Below, piece after piece: positions 1-9,224 of a stretch of 64,000 nucleotides of DNA (its first letter is position 1; every line of letters begins with the position of its first letter). Source of the DNA: an uncultured bacterium (GTDB lineage Bacteria; Acidobacteriota; Thermoanaerobaculia; Multivoradales; J023); the NCBI GenBank assembly GCA_937948815.1, contig CALFAM010000052.1, forward strand, positions 1,061 through 65,060, read 5' to 3'. The notes below the pieces were generated by a model, which ran no database searches, had not been told where the DNA came from, and saw nothing but the letters and a program-made list of their open reading frames with translations. A program made the position numbers and the translations under genes.

Positions 1-99
1 CCAATGCCGGCCCGGCGCCAGGACTTCTTGGAGCGCACCATTTCGGAAAACGAGCCCGCGTTCGTGCGCACCGATTCGAGCGGTGAGAATGATCAACAT
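1..99 (-). CDS. SPFH/band-7 (slipin-like) protein, 5' end only; gene continues beyond window start
   Basis: Reverse-strand ATG at 97-99 with GGAG (complement of 107-110) 7 nt upstream. Translation MLIILTARIGAHERGLVFRNGALQEVLAPGRHW resembles the ERG-VF-R/K-xG...L-PG-H opening of SPFH domains. Absent from the ORF track because it runs off the window. Confidence 0.45.
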   Translation of the reverse strand, partial: MLIILTARIGAHERGLVFRNGALQEVLAPGRHW

Positions 100-819
100 G
101 GTCCAACTCCTTTTGAACGGAAGTCGACAGCAATCGCCGCCGTGTACACCACGGCGCGCGCAAACGATCAAACGGACTGGCCAGCACGAGACATCAGGAG
201 GCGGGCGCCGTTGCGCCACGATCTCGGCGCGGAACGTTTCGATTCGGCATTCAGCTAGCACATCGGTCCCGCCAGCCAGCAAACGACCGCTAGCGTTCTA
301 CGGCCGGCGGTTGCCGGAGCACGACGGGCATCATGTTTCGTACCCGCCACCCACCACCCGCGTCCCGCAGGAGCGACGTGCGCGTCATGTCGTGTATTCG
401 AACGTTGCAGAGCACCTTGCGCGTGTGCCACCCGCGACGCATCGCAAGCAGCGTGCGCGGCGGCGTTGTCGGCTGCGCACACAGGCTGCGCATGCAGTGT
501 TCACCGCACATCCGGCGCCCGCCTCCTTCGCTCAGTATCGATTGCAAAACGGTGTTCAATACCGCTGCTCGTCAAGCGAGCATTTTGCAAGTGGGGCACG
601 CCCCACGGTTCGAGGCCTCGAGGGCCTTGGGAAGGCAACGCCTTCCGTGCTGACACACAGGTCACAACCCATGTCCGGAAGACACCCTACCGATCACAAA
701 AGAGGTGGATGCCCCGCTGGTCCGTGTGTATCCTGATTCGACCTGTCGAGATACAACTTCTCCTACGTCGAGCGGCTGCTCGAATTTTTCTCAACGATTC
801 GATGACCCCGAAACAAAAA

Positions 820-850
820 AGAGCCTTCCAGGGACATCCCGGAAGGCTCT
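820..850. terminator. Bidirectional intrinsic terminator hairpin
   Basis: AGAGCCTTCC (820-829) pairs with GGAAGGCTCT (841-850). Inner GGG/CCC pairing leaves an ACAT loop. Flanked by AAACAAAAAA upstream and TTTTG downstream, so a U-run follows the hairpin on either strand (longer on the minus strand). Confidence 0.6.
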
Positions 851-1161
851 TTTGCTCACGCACAATGTAATCGATCTATTGCACGTAAAGATTCCTGGGA
901 CGTCTTGCGTTCCTGACCAGATAACCTCTTTCGTACGCACACACCCAAAGATCGTGTGTCGACGAGCTCATTGGCCCGGGGAACGACTGTTGTTCGATTC
1001 GTGTGCTCATGATGTTTCTCCCAAGCGGGGGAGCGCGGATGGTAAGTGTCACCTTCGAAATTGTCAAGACCCTGAACAAAAACAATCCGAACAAACCGCC
1101 CGAGGCCCTGCAAACATCCGACGATCGCCACGACCACCTCACCAGAGGTGATCCCGACACA

Positions 1162-1887
1162 TCAGCAGCGAATGGTCTTCCGCTTCTTGAAGGCTCGACC
1201 TGCCTTCTCGACTTTTGTGATGTAGGCGGTGGCCAAGGGCACCTTGCACGACGTGTCTCCCATATCGACCTCGACGTGTCCCAGCCTCTTGGCCGTCGCC
1301 TTCGCTTCCCCGTTCAGCGGCTCGACGTACGATCCGACAGCGATCACAAAGCCGTTCATGCAGTACTTCACGCGATTCGGGACAGCACTGATCTCCTCCT
1401 CCACGCGGCTGAGCAGCGATTCGACTTCCGCCAGATCGAGCTCTTCGTCGGGCCGGATCGCGACGAGGCCGGCATAGGTGTTCCAACCCGCACAGGCGAC
1501 GTGTTCCTTCTCCGAGTCCATCCATTTGACGGCGAGCGCGTGCCCGTGCTCACTCTCCGAAGCGACCCAGGGGACGCTGTACTCGGCGTTCCATGCCCAG
1601 ACCGCGCCGCGGGCCCAGGCGTCGAGCTGCCGCTTGGTCATACGCTTGCCACTCGCCACCAGGCCGGCCAGGTACATCGCTTCATAGTGGCCACTGTCGT
1701 AAAGCGCCAACGCGAGGTCCTGCTCACCTTTGATCGACTTGGCAATGACCTTCATGTCCGCGACCTTGACACCGTAGACCTTCGGACCAGTCGCACCGTG
1801 TCGCGCATAGATGTTTCGAGTCTGTTCACTGCCCTTGGACTTGAGGGCTTCCAAGACTTGGTCGACTGTGCTCATAGGCTTCCCCAT
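1162..1887 (-). CDS. DNA alkylation repair (AlkD-like HEAT-repeat) family protein
   Basis: 241-aa ORF with helical-repeat composition and overall resemblance to the DNA alkylation repair enzyme family. Assignment by recollection of family features, not a search. Confidence 0.55.
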   Translation of the reverse strand: MGKPMSTVDQVLEALKSKGSEQTRNIYARHGATGPKVYGVKVADMKVIAKSIKGEQDLALALYDSGHYEAMYLAGLVASGKRMTKRQLDAWARGAVWAWNAEYSVPWVASESEHGHALAVKWMDSEKEHVACAGWNTYAGLVAIRPDEELDLAEVESLLSRVEEEISAVPNRVKYCMNGFVIAVGSYVEPLNGEAKATAKRLGHVEVDMGDTSCKVPLATAYITKVEKAGRAFKKRKTIRC

Positions 1888-1935
1888 CTCCTCGAAGGCA
1901 TGACTGATGGCTGGCGGGCTCGTCGGGAGAGCGCC

Positions 1936-4356
1936 TCAGTCTCGCTCGTCGCGCGTGATGCAGACTACGCACGGGCGCGGCGCCTTGCCAGGCTCGCCAC
2001 TCGGGTAGTTGCTGCCCACGGGAACGGTTCGGGTCTGCGTGAACGATTCACCGTTGCGGCCGACGATGATGTGCTCCTGGGTCTCGGTGGCCTCGGCACT
2101 CGCCCGGGGGCCGTGCTCTTCGCCCGGATGCTGCACCGAGATGATCAAGGTCCGGCCATCCTCCGAGAAGGTCGGACCGGTGAGCTCACATTCCATCGGC
2201 CCCGTCGCGAAGAGATGCGGAACTCCGGCATCCGGCCCCTGGGTCGGTAGCATGAACATGGCGTTATTGCCGAACACACCCGGGAACTGCTTGCCGCCGG
2301 GGTCGGTACCGTCCATGGCGTTGCGGCGGGTCGGAAAGTTCTGACTGGCCGTGGTGATGTCCGTCACCATCCACAGGTTCGCATCGGGATCGAAGAAGAG
2401 GTTGTCCGCGTTGGCAAAACCGCCTCCCCCTTCCGCGACTTCGCCCGCGGTGGCGAACTTGCCCCAGGTGAAGGCCTCGGCAGCCGGATCGTCACCCTCT
2501 TCGACCAGACGATAGACCGCTCCGTACTGACGCGACGTATTGCTGCCCGAGTCCGGGAAGATACGGGTATCCGGGGAACCGTCGCTCGACCAGTCGGCAT
2601 CGGTGAAGGCAACGAAGACACTGCCGTCGATTGGGTGGACTTCGAGATCCTCTGGACGCGCAGACGGTGTGCCGCCCGCCGCGTTGGCCATGGCAAAGGC
2701 ATCCATGCAGATCACGCCCTGGGCGCGCTCCCGTTCCGCGACTTGGTCCTTCGATGCTGGCTTGACGAGATCACCGAGGGTACATTCGCCGAAAGGCTTG
2801 CCGGCGAAGCTCTCGATGATCTCCTGCCAATCCGCGACCTCGATTGCCGCCGCGTCCTGATCCGTGTCGCCAATGCCCACGAAGCCACCTCGGAATCGTG
2901 ACGGCACCCGCACGTGGTGTGTGGCCGTGTGCTCGGGCTCCGGGGCACGCAGGGGTGTCTCTGGCTCGAGCGGCACCCACCGTCCGGTGAAGCCCGGCTC
3001 GAAACGTGCCACGTAGAGGGTGCCGGTCTCGAAGAGCTTGGTGTTGGCCGGATCCGTGGGATCCCGTACCGTGCCCTCACTCACGAACTTCCACACGTGC
3101 CCGCCGCGACGATCGTCGCCCATGTACGCCGCGAGCCGCTTGCCGGCCTCCGCGCGAACCGTGACGTTCTCGTGGCGAAAGCGCCCGAGCGCCGTGTGCT
3201 TGCGCAGCGCCCCGGATGCCGGATCGACCTCGCACACCCATCCGTATTCGCGACCATCGAGCTCCTCGGAGGCCGCGTGCCCGGTGCCGTTGAGGGTCCA
3301 GGGCGCCGGCACACTGTCATCGACCTGGCCGTTGACCCGCAAGGCCTGACCCGCGAAGACCCGGCGTCGGCCGTCGAGCAGCTCGCCGGTAGGGGCGATC
3401 TCCTCGTCGGTCTGGTACTGAATGTTCTCCTCGCAGGTCAGGAACGTTCCCCACGGGGTCGTGCCACCGGAACAGTTGCAGAACGTCCCCTTGGGCGGGC
3501 CGAGGAAGGACGCCGCAGGCCCCGTGAAGGCGAAGGGCAGCTTCCCCTCCGCGTCGCGCGGGATGTTCTGGGTCGTCTGGGTGGCGATGCGCTTGTGATC
3601 CGGCGCGTCTTCGACCACGGTGAACCGGCCATCGGGATGGCGGCGAACGCGCAGGATCGACACACCCTGCAGTGCCAGGCTGCGATCCGAGAGATCGCGC
3701 ACGGTCTCGAAAATCGCCGGCGGGACGCCTTCGGCCAACGGCCCGTCCAGGTGAATCTTGTTGCCCTCGAAGGTCACCCCGTCGAGGGTCAAGATGCCCG
3801 ACTTGTGGATCACCGGCACGCGCCGATCGGCCGCGATACGAATGTCGGGCACCGTGCGGCTATCCTCGACCTCGGAGGCCAACCATGGGCGCAGCGCGAG
3901 GTACTCGTGGTTGACGAACAGCCAGTGTTCGTCATCGCTGCCTTCAATCGGTAGCAGGCCGGTGTAGTCGTTGTTGTAGCCGAAGTCGATCTGCCGATCG
4001 GGATCATCGGCCGGGCCCAACCGCGCGCCCCAGCGCACGATCTCGTGCACCCGCCAACCTTCGGGGACGGTCACGTCATCGAACACCTGGTAGCGCGCGA
4101 ACCGGCTGGCATCCTCCGCTGGATCGTGTGGATCTCCTGGCAGCGGAACGGGATAGGGCGGCGCCTTCCAGCTCGGAACACCCTGGGCGGACACCCAGGC
4201 TTGCCGACCACTTCGAGGCGCCGGGGAAGCACAACCCCAGAGACTCGCCAAGGGACCGCCGGCAACGAGGGCGGACGCCCCGGCTCCTACGTACTTGATG
4301 AAGCTCCGCCGATCGATCGTCGGAGCGCGATTCGTCACGCTTGGTCGATTTTGCAT
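1936..4356 (-). CDS. phoX: PhoX-type (DUF839) secreted alkaline phosphatase with Tat signal
   Basis: N-terminal twin-arginine motif DRRSFIKYVGAGA. Diagnostic PhoX block FCNCSGGTTPWGTFLTCEEN. 806 aa. Confidence 0.8.
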   Translation of the reverse strand: MQNRPSVTNRAPTIDRRSFIKYVGAGASALVAGGPLASLWGCASPAPRSGRQAWVSAQGVPSWKAPPYPVPLPGDPHDPAEDASRFARYQVFDDVTVPEGWRVHEIVRWGARLGPADDPDRQIDFGYNNDYTGLLPIEGSDDEHWLFVNHEYLALRPWLASEVEDSRTVPDIRIAADRRVPVIHKSGILTLDGVTFEGNKIHLDGPLAEGVPPAIFETVRDLSDRSLALQGVSILRVRRHPDGRFTVVEDAPDHKRIATQTTQNIPRDAEGKLPFAFTGPAASFLGPPKGTFCNCSGGTTPWGTFLTCEENIQYQTDEEIAPTGELLDGRRRVFAGQALRVNGQVDDSVPAPWTLNGTGHAASEELDGREYGWVCEVDPASGALRKHTALGRFRHENVTVRAEAGKRLAAYMGDDRRGGHVWKFVSEGTVRDPTDPANTKLFETGTLYVARFEPGFTGRWVPLEPETPLRAPEPEHTATHHVRVPSRFRGGFVGIGDTDQDAAAIEVADWQEIIESFAGKPFGECTLGDLVKPASKDQVAERERAQGVICMDAFAMANAAGGTPSARPEDLEVHPIDGSVFVAFTDADWSSDGSPDTRIFPDSGSNTSRQYGAVYRLVEEGDDPAAEAFTWGKFATAGEVAEGGGGFANADNLFFDPDANLWMVTDITTASQNFPTRRNAMDGTDPGGKQFPGVFGNNAMFMLPTQGPDAGVPHLFATGPMECELTGPTFSEDGRTLIISVQHPGEEHGPRASAEATETQEHIIVGRNGESFTQTRTVPVGSNYPSGEPGKAPRPCVVCITRDERD

Positions 4357-4505
4357 GTCCCTTCAGAATACCGGAATCGCGCAAAACGACGGTAAAGACG
4401 GCTGAGCATCTGGCATATTCTGGCGAGCATGGTCGAGTAGGGTAGGGCCGCCACGAGAGAACCTCAAGAGACACTGCCAAGAGACACCGCCGAGCATGAG
4501 TAGAG

Positions 4506-5408
4506 ATGAGTAGCTTTCCCGCCTACCTCGACACCGTCCGTCCCGAGATCGACCACGCCCTCGATCGCCTATTGCCCGCTGCCACCGACCGGCCGGCGCG
4601 GCTCCACGAGGCTGCTCGCTACAGTATCTTTGCCGGTGGCAAACGGGTCCGACCCGCGTTGGTGCTGCTCACGGGCGAAGCGCTCGGCGCCCCCCGCGAC
4701 GCCCTGCTGATCGGCGGCGCGACGCTCGAGATGATCCACACCTACAGCCTGGTGCACGACGATCTCCCAGCGATGGACGACGACGACCTGCGTCGTGGCC
4801 GGCCGACAGCCCACAAGCGATTCGACGAAGCCACCGCGATCCTGGCCGGCGACGCCCTGCTGACGCTCGGCCTCACCACTCTCGCGGCCGCGCCAGAGAC
4901 CATATCTCCTGGCCGGCGGCAGGAAGCCGTCGCGATGGTCGGAAGGGCGATCGGCTCGGCCGGCATGATCGGCGGGCAGGTCGACGACATGGCTGCCGAG
5001 AACGATTGGCCCGAGGATCCGCGAATCGCGGCCGAGCTCCTGGAGTCGATCCATCGGCGCAAGACCGGCGACTTGCTGACGGCCTGCCTGCGCCTGGCCG
5101 GCATCTACGCCGATGCGGACGAGCGTCTCGATGCCCACCTCACGCGACTCGGTGACGCCATCGGGCTGCTGTTTCAAATCGGTGACGACGTCATCGACGT
5201 CGAAGGGACTGACGAGCAGCTCGGCAAGACCGCCGGCAAGGATGCAGCGGTCAAGAAGCTGACCTACCCCGGCCTCTTCGGCCTCGAAGCCGCCAAGGAG
5301 CGATTGGCCCAGGTACGCGACCGCGCGCACGAGCTTGCCGAGACCCTGCCGGGGGGCAGCGGCGGCTTCCCCGCGCTGATCGACTACCTCGCCACCCGCG
5401 ACCGGTAG
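4506..5408 (+). CDS. ispA: Farnesyl diphosphate synthase (short-chain trans-prenyltransferase)
   Basis: First Asp-rich motif IHTYSLVHDDLPAMDDDDLRRGRPTAHK is nearly identical to E. coli IspA, with an aromatic residue at position -5. Second motif FQIGDDVID. 300 aa. Confidence 0.85.
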   Translation: MSSFPAYLDTVRPEIDHALDRLLPAATDRPARLHEAARYSIFAGGKRVRPALVLLTGEALGAPRDALLIGGATLEMIHTYSLVHDDLPAMDDDDLRRGRPTAHKRFDEATAILAGDALLTLGLTTLAAAPETISPGRRQEAVAMVGRAIGSAGMIGGQVDDMAAENDWPEDPRIAAELLESIHRRKTGDLLTACLRLAGIYADADERLDAHLTRLGDAIGLLFQIGDDVIDVEGTDEQLGKTAGKDAAVKKLTYPGLFGLEAAKERLAQVRDRAHELAETLPGGSGGFPALIDYLATRDR

Positions 5409-5436
5409 CGACCCGGCGACTCGACGGGCTCTTGAC

Positions 5437-6618
5437 TCAGTCGAGCCACCGCCAGGGTGGCTGATCGAGGTCTCGTTGTCCGTGCAGATGGGTTTGCCCC
5501 TGACGCTTCTCGAGCACCATCCTCTGGCAGCCCTTCTGCGCCTGCAGCGTCGCGATCAGCGGCTCGGAATGGGAAACCACCCACACCTGGCAGCGCGCCG
5601 AGGCGCGCGCGATCAGCCGCCCAAGCGCCGGCAAGAGGTCGGGATGCAGGCTGGTCTCCGGCTCGTTGAGAACCATCAGAGACGGCGGGCGCGGTGTCAT
5701 CAGGGCGGCGATCCAGAGCAGGTAGCGCAATGTGCCATCCGACAGCTCGGAAGCGGCCAAGGGACGCAGCAAGCCCTCTTGGTGGAAGGCGATCTCGAAA
5801 CGACCGCCCTCTCGGGAGAGGATCTCGAGCGATGCGCCGGGAAAGGCATCGTCGACCACCGCTTCGAGCGCACCCGCGTCACCGACCTCACGAATGGTCT
5901 GCAATGCGGCCGCGAAATCGCGCCCATCTTGGTGCAGCACCGGCGTGCGCGTGCCGAGCTGGGGCGCCCGGGCAGGGGCCGCCGCATCGGTCCGGAAGTG
6001 ATCGTAAAAGCGCCAGTCACGAATCAAGGCTCGCAGCCGAAATGCTTCCGGCGCGATGGTCGGCACCGCGACCTGGCTCAGCATGCTTTCGAAGGTGCTC
6101 AGATCCTGCCGAATGACATCCCACTCCCGCCCGTGCCGAACCCTGACCAACGGGCCACGCCGCTCGACCAGCAGGCTGGCGGGCCGACAGATTTCGCCCG
6201 ACCAGATCGCCTCGTGCTTGATCTCCGGGTCGAGCCCGAAGAGCGAGGAGGACGGCTTCGGCAGGCCCAGGATGACCATGTAGCCGAACGTCTCGCCGGA
6301 GGCATCTTCCGAGAGGAAGCCGAGGCGCAACCGCACACGCTCTCGGCGCGGGCCGCCTTCCACCGCGACCTCACCCGTCCGCATGCGCCGAGACGGAGCT
6401 TCTGGCCCGGCCCACAGGATCGACGACAAACCGCCATCCGCTGCCAGCGCGCGTATCAGGCCACCCTGGGCGGTTTCGGCAAGCAAGCGCAGGGCGCGAT
6501 AGAGATTCGATTTGCCGCTGCCGTTGGCTCCGCAGATGACATTCAGGCCCGCGAGCGGCGCGATCAGCCGTAGCACCGAGCGGTAGTTGCCGATTGCCAG
6601 CGTTTTCAGCATTGCCAC
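5437..6618 (-). CDS. AAA/ABC-like ATPase (predicted ATP-binding protein)
   Basis: Walker A GANGSGKSNLYRAL near the N-terminus. Walker B-like MVLNEPETSLHP. 393 aa. Confidence 0.7.
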   Translation of the reverse strand: MAMLKTLAIGNYRSVLRLIAPLAGLNVICGANGSGKSNLYRALRLLAETAQGGLIRALAADGGLSSILWAGPEAPSRRMRTGEVAVEGGPRRERVRLRLGFLSEDASGETFGYMVILGLPKPSSSLFGLDPEIKHEAIWSGEICRPASLLVERRGPLVRVRHGREWDVIRQDLSTFESMLSQVAVPTIAPEAFRLRALIRDWRFYDHFRTDAAAPARAPQLGTRTPVLHQDGRDFAAALQTIREVGDAGALEAVVDDAFPGASLEILSREGGRFEIAFHQEGLLRPLAASELSDGTLRYLLWIAALMTPRPPSLMVLNEPETSLHPDLLPALGRLIARASARCQVWVVSHSEPLIATLQAQKGCQRMVLEKRQGQTHLHGQRDLDQPPWRWLD

Positions 6619-6641
6619 GTCAACATCGGACCGTCAGCCGC

Positions 6642-7172
6642 TCACGCGAAGAGATGGACCGGCTCCTCGTCGTCTCCCAGCCGGATCGAGCCATCGAGGC
6701 GCATGCCGATCTTCTCGAGCACCTTCCGCGAGCCGACATTGTCGACCGAGGTGACCGCCACGATGCGCCTCAAGCCGAGATCGCGTCTGCCAAAGGCCAA
6801 CGTGGCCCGAGCCGCTTCAGAACAGTACCCCTGGCGCCAGAAGGCAGGGCGAAAGGCAAATCCGATATCCGGATGATCCAAGGTGTCTCGCTTGAGGATG
6901 CCGCAGATACCGATCGGCTCGTCGTCTTCCCTACGCACCGTCAGGTAGAGGCCAAATCCGTGCGCCGCATAGCTCGCGAGCGGGCCGGTTCGAATGTAGG
7001 TACGGGCGCCATCCAGGTCCCGGACACCCTTGTCCCCGATGAACGCGAGAAAAGAAGGCTCGTTCAACAGCCCCAGGATGAACGGCGCGTCCGTCTCGCG
7101 CAGCTCGCGCAAGATCAATCGGTCGGTTTCGAGTACGAAGCCTTCCATCGTTCGTCGGTCGTCTATCGTCAT
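6642..7172 (-). CDS. GNAT family N-acetyltransferase (RimJ/RimL-like)
   Basis: 176 aa. Pattern LILRELRETD...FAFRPAFWRQGYCSEAARA...AVTSVDNVGSRKVLEKIGM is typical of GNAT acetyl-CoA binding motifs. Confidence 0.75.
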   Translation of the reverse strand: MTIDDRRTMEGFVLETDRLILRELRETDAPFILGLLNEPSFLAFIGDKGVRDLDGARTYIRTGPLASYAAHGFGLYLTVRREDDEPIGICGILKRDTLDHPDIGFAFRPAFWRQGYCSEAARATLAFGRRDLGLRRIVAVTSVDNVGSRKVLEKIGMRLDGSIRLGDDEEPVHLFA

Positions 7173-7316
7173 GATTCCTCCGCCCCTCGACAGGTGCCAC
7201 CCGAATGAAGATGCTAGAAGGAGATAATTGTCCCATGGGTGTCGAGAACCGACTCAATCGTTCGTCTACGAGACGAACCTGCGCGAAAGCGCTCATACCT
7301 CGAGGAGACCTACGAC

Positions 7317-7676
7317 ATGGGACAGTTTCTCTTGCTCCTGCACGAGCTGCCGGATGACTTCGCCGACGCCTCCCCTTCCGAGATGCAGAGCATCGTCCAA
7401 GAATACATGGACTGGCGCGATAGCCTCGACCGCGACGGCAAGCTGGTGTCTAGCAACAAGCTGCAGGAAGACGGCGGCAAGAACCTGACACGGGAAGCTG
7501 GTTCCATTCGGGTCACCGACGGCCCGTACACCGAGGCCAAAGAGGTCGTCGGCGGCTACTTCCTGGTCGAAGCCGCCGACTACGATGAAGCCGTGGCAAT
7601 GGCGCGCACCTGCCCGCACATGACCTACGGCCATCGCATCGAAGTGCTGGCCGTGGACCTCGACTACGAAGCTTGA
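7317..7676 (+). CDS. YCII-related domain protein
   Basis: ATG at 7317 preceded by GAGGAG (7302-7307). Contains the DGPYTEAKE motif of YCII/DGPF proteins. The track ORF starts earlier (7239), but that extension has no RBS. Confidence 0.7.
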   Translation: MGQFLLLLHELPDDFADASPSEMQSIVQEYMDWRDSLDRDGKLVSSNKLQEDGGKNLTREAGSIRVTDGPYTEAKEVVGGYFLVEAADYDEAVAMARTCPHMTYGHRIEVLAVDLDYEA

Positions 7677-7698
7677 GCGGACGAGGACACCCATCGCC

Positions 7699-9054
7699 GT
7701 GAGCACGGTCGCTTCGAACACGGACGCTCCGAATACCGACATCGGCCGAGCGCCTGACGTCCAGGCCATGGTCGACCATCTGTTCCGTACCCGTGCGGGC
7801 CAGATGGTCGCGACCCTGACGCGCATTCTCGGCTTCGAGCACATCGACCTCGCGGAGGATGTCGTGCAGGAAGCCCTGCTCACCGCCCTCCGCCGCTGGC
7901 CCTTTCACGGCGTGCCCGACAATCCTGCTGCCTGGCTGGTTCAGGTCGCGCGCAACCGCGCACTCGACCAGCTGCGCCGCAGGACCACCTGGCGCGGCAA
8001 AGAAGACGATGTCCGCCAGAGCCTCGCTGCCCTGGCCGAGGGCGTCGAGGCAGACGGCCCGGCCCGCGCCGGATTTGAACATGAGCTGCGCGACGACCAG
8101 CTCCGCATGATCTTCGCGTGCTGCCACCCTGCCCTGACGCCCGACAGCCAGGTCGCGCTGACCCTCAAAACAGTCGGCGCGTTCAGCACACGCGAGATCG
8201 CGCGCGCCTTCATCTGCTCACCGACAACCGTCGCCCAGCGGCTGGTACGCGCCAAACGCAAGCTGCGGAAGCTCGGCGTTCGTCTCGAGATTCCGGGCCC
8301 CGACGAGCTTCAGGGCCGTCTCGACACGGCGCTCGAGGTCGCCTACCTGATGTTCAACGAGGGCTATAGCGCGACCGAAGGCGAAGCGTTGGTTCGTCAG
8401 GATCTCTGTGCGGGTGCCATTCGGCTCGTCGAGCTGCTGGCAGACGCGCCAGCAACCGACTTCCCCCGTGTCCATGCCCTCGCCGCCCTGCTGCTGTTTC
8501 AAGGCGCGCGACTGGCCGCCCGAACACGAGGAGACGGCATACCGGCACGGATCCACGAGCAAGACCGCAGCCAGTGGGACCGCACCTTGATCACCCGCGG
8601 CGTGCGGCGGCTACGCGGCGCCGGCCGCGGCACATCCCTGACGCGCTACCATCTCGAGGCCGAGATTGCCGCTGTCCACTGCCTCGCACCGAGTGCCGGC
8701 GAAACCGACTGGGAGCAGATTCTCGACTGCTATGACCGGCTCTATCGCCTCCACCCATCGCCCGTGGTGGCGCTCAACCGCGCCATCGCGATTGCCGAAG
8801 TCCATGGCCCCGGCGAAGCGCTGAGCACGATCGAGACCTTGGTGGCCGAACAAACACTCGTCGACTATCCGCTGCTGTGGTCGACCCGAGCCGAGCTGCT
8901 GGACCGACTCGGGCACGGTGAGCAGGCAGCCCGTGACCTCGCGCGCGCCCAGTCACTGGGCGCCAGCCAACCGGCACAACGCTTCCTCGAAATGCGGGCG
9001 GCAGAAGTCCTGGCGCACCGCACCACACCTCCGGCCGACGAGCCAGACTCCTGA
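7699..9054 (+). CDS. ECF-type sigma-70 family factor with long C-terminal helical extension
   Basis: Region 2 (EDVVQEALLTALRRW...AWLVQVARNRALDQLRR) and region 4 (STREIARAFICSPTTVAQRLVRAKRKL) are recognisable, followed by about 230 extra residues. Pairing with an upstream YCII gene is a commonly seen arrangement. Start GTG 7699 or ATG 7768. Confidence 0.7.
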   Translation: MSTVASNTDAPNTDIGRAPDVQAMVDHLFRTRAGQMVATLTRILGFEHIDLAEDVVQEALLTALRRWPFHGVPDNPAAWLVQVARNRALDQLRRRTTWRGKEDDVRQSLAALAEGVEADGPARAGFEHELRDDQLRMIFACCHPALTPDSQVALTLKTVGAFSTREIARAFICSPTTVAQRLVRAKRKLRKLGVRLEIPGPDELQGRLDTALEVAYLMFNEGYSATEGEALVRQDLCAGAIRLVELLADAPATDFPRVHALAALLLFQGARLAARTRGDGIPARIHEQDRSQWDRTLITRGVRRLRGAGRGTSLTRYHLEAEIAAVHCLAPSAGETDWEQILDCYDRLYRLHPSPVVALNRAIAIAEVHGPGEALSTIETLVAEQTLVDYPLLWSTRAELLDRLGHGEQAARDLARAQSLGASQPAQRFLEMRAAEVLAHRTTPPADEPDS

Positions 9055-9224
9055 GCCGCGCGCCTGCGCGACAGGCACGGGCCAGCAGCACCCGATGCTG
9101 AGTGCGCGAGCGCGCGTGACGAGCGGCGCGCCTCGTCGCCAAGAATGTGCCACCATTCGGGTGGTCGGGGCTCCAGCGCACGGAATCGACCGCACGCCGG
9201 GGCCGATGACCAAGGGTAGAGCCG

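Noticed and set aside
83-870. Track ORFs 83-736, 333-653, 466-870 and the minus-strand ORFs in the same region as genes
   Set aside because: The translations are dominated by Arg/Pro/Cys/His runs with no recognisable domains, RBS or signal. The region is treated as non-coding or decayed (see finding).
1003-3954. Plus-strand ORFs 1003-2250 (415 aa) and 2914-3954 (346 aa)
   Set aside because: Antisense to the AlkD-like and PhoX genes, which have clear family motifs. The translations are low-complexity R/G/A/L-rich.
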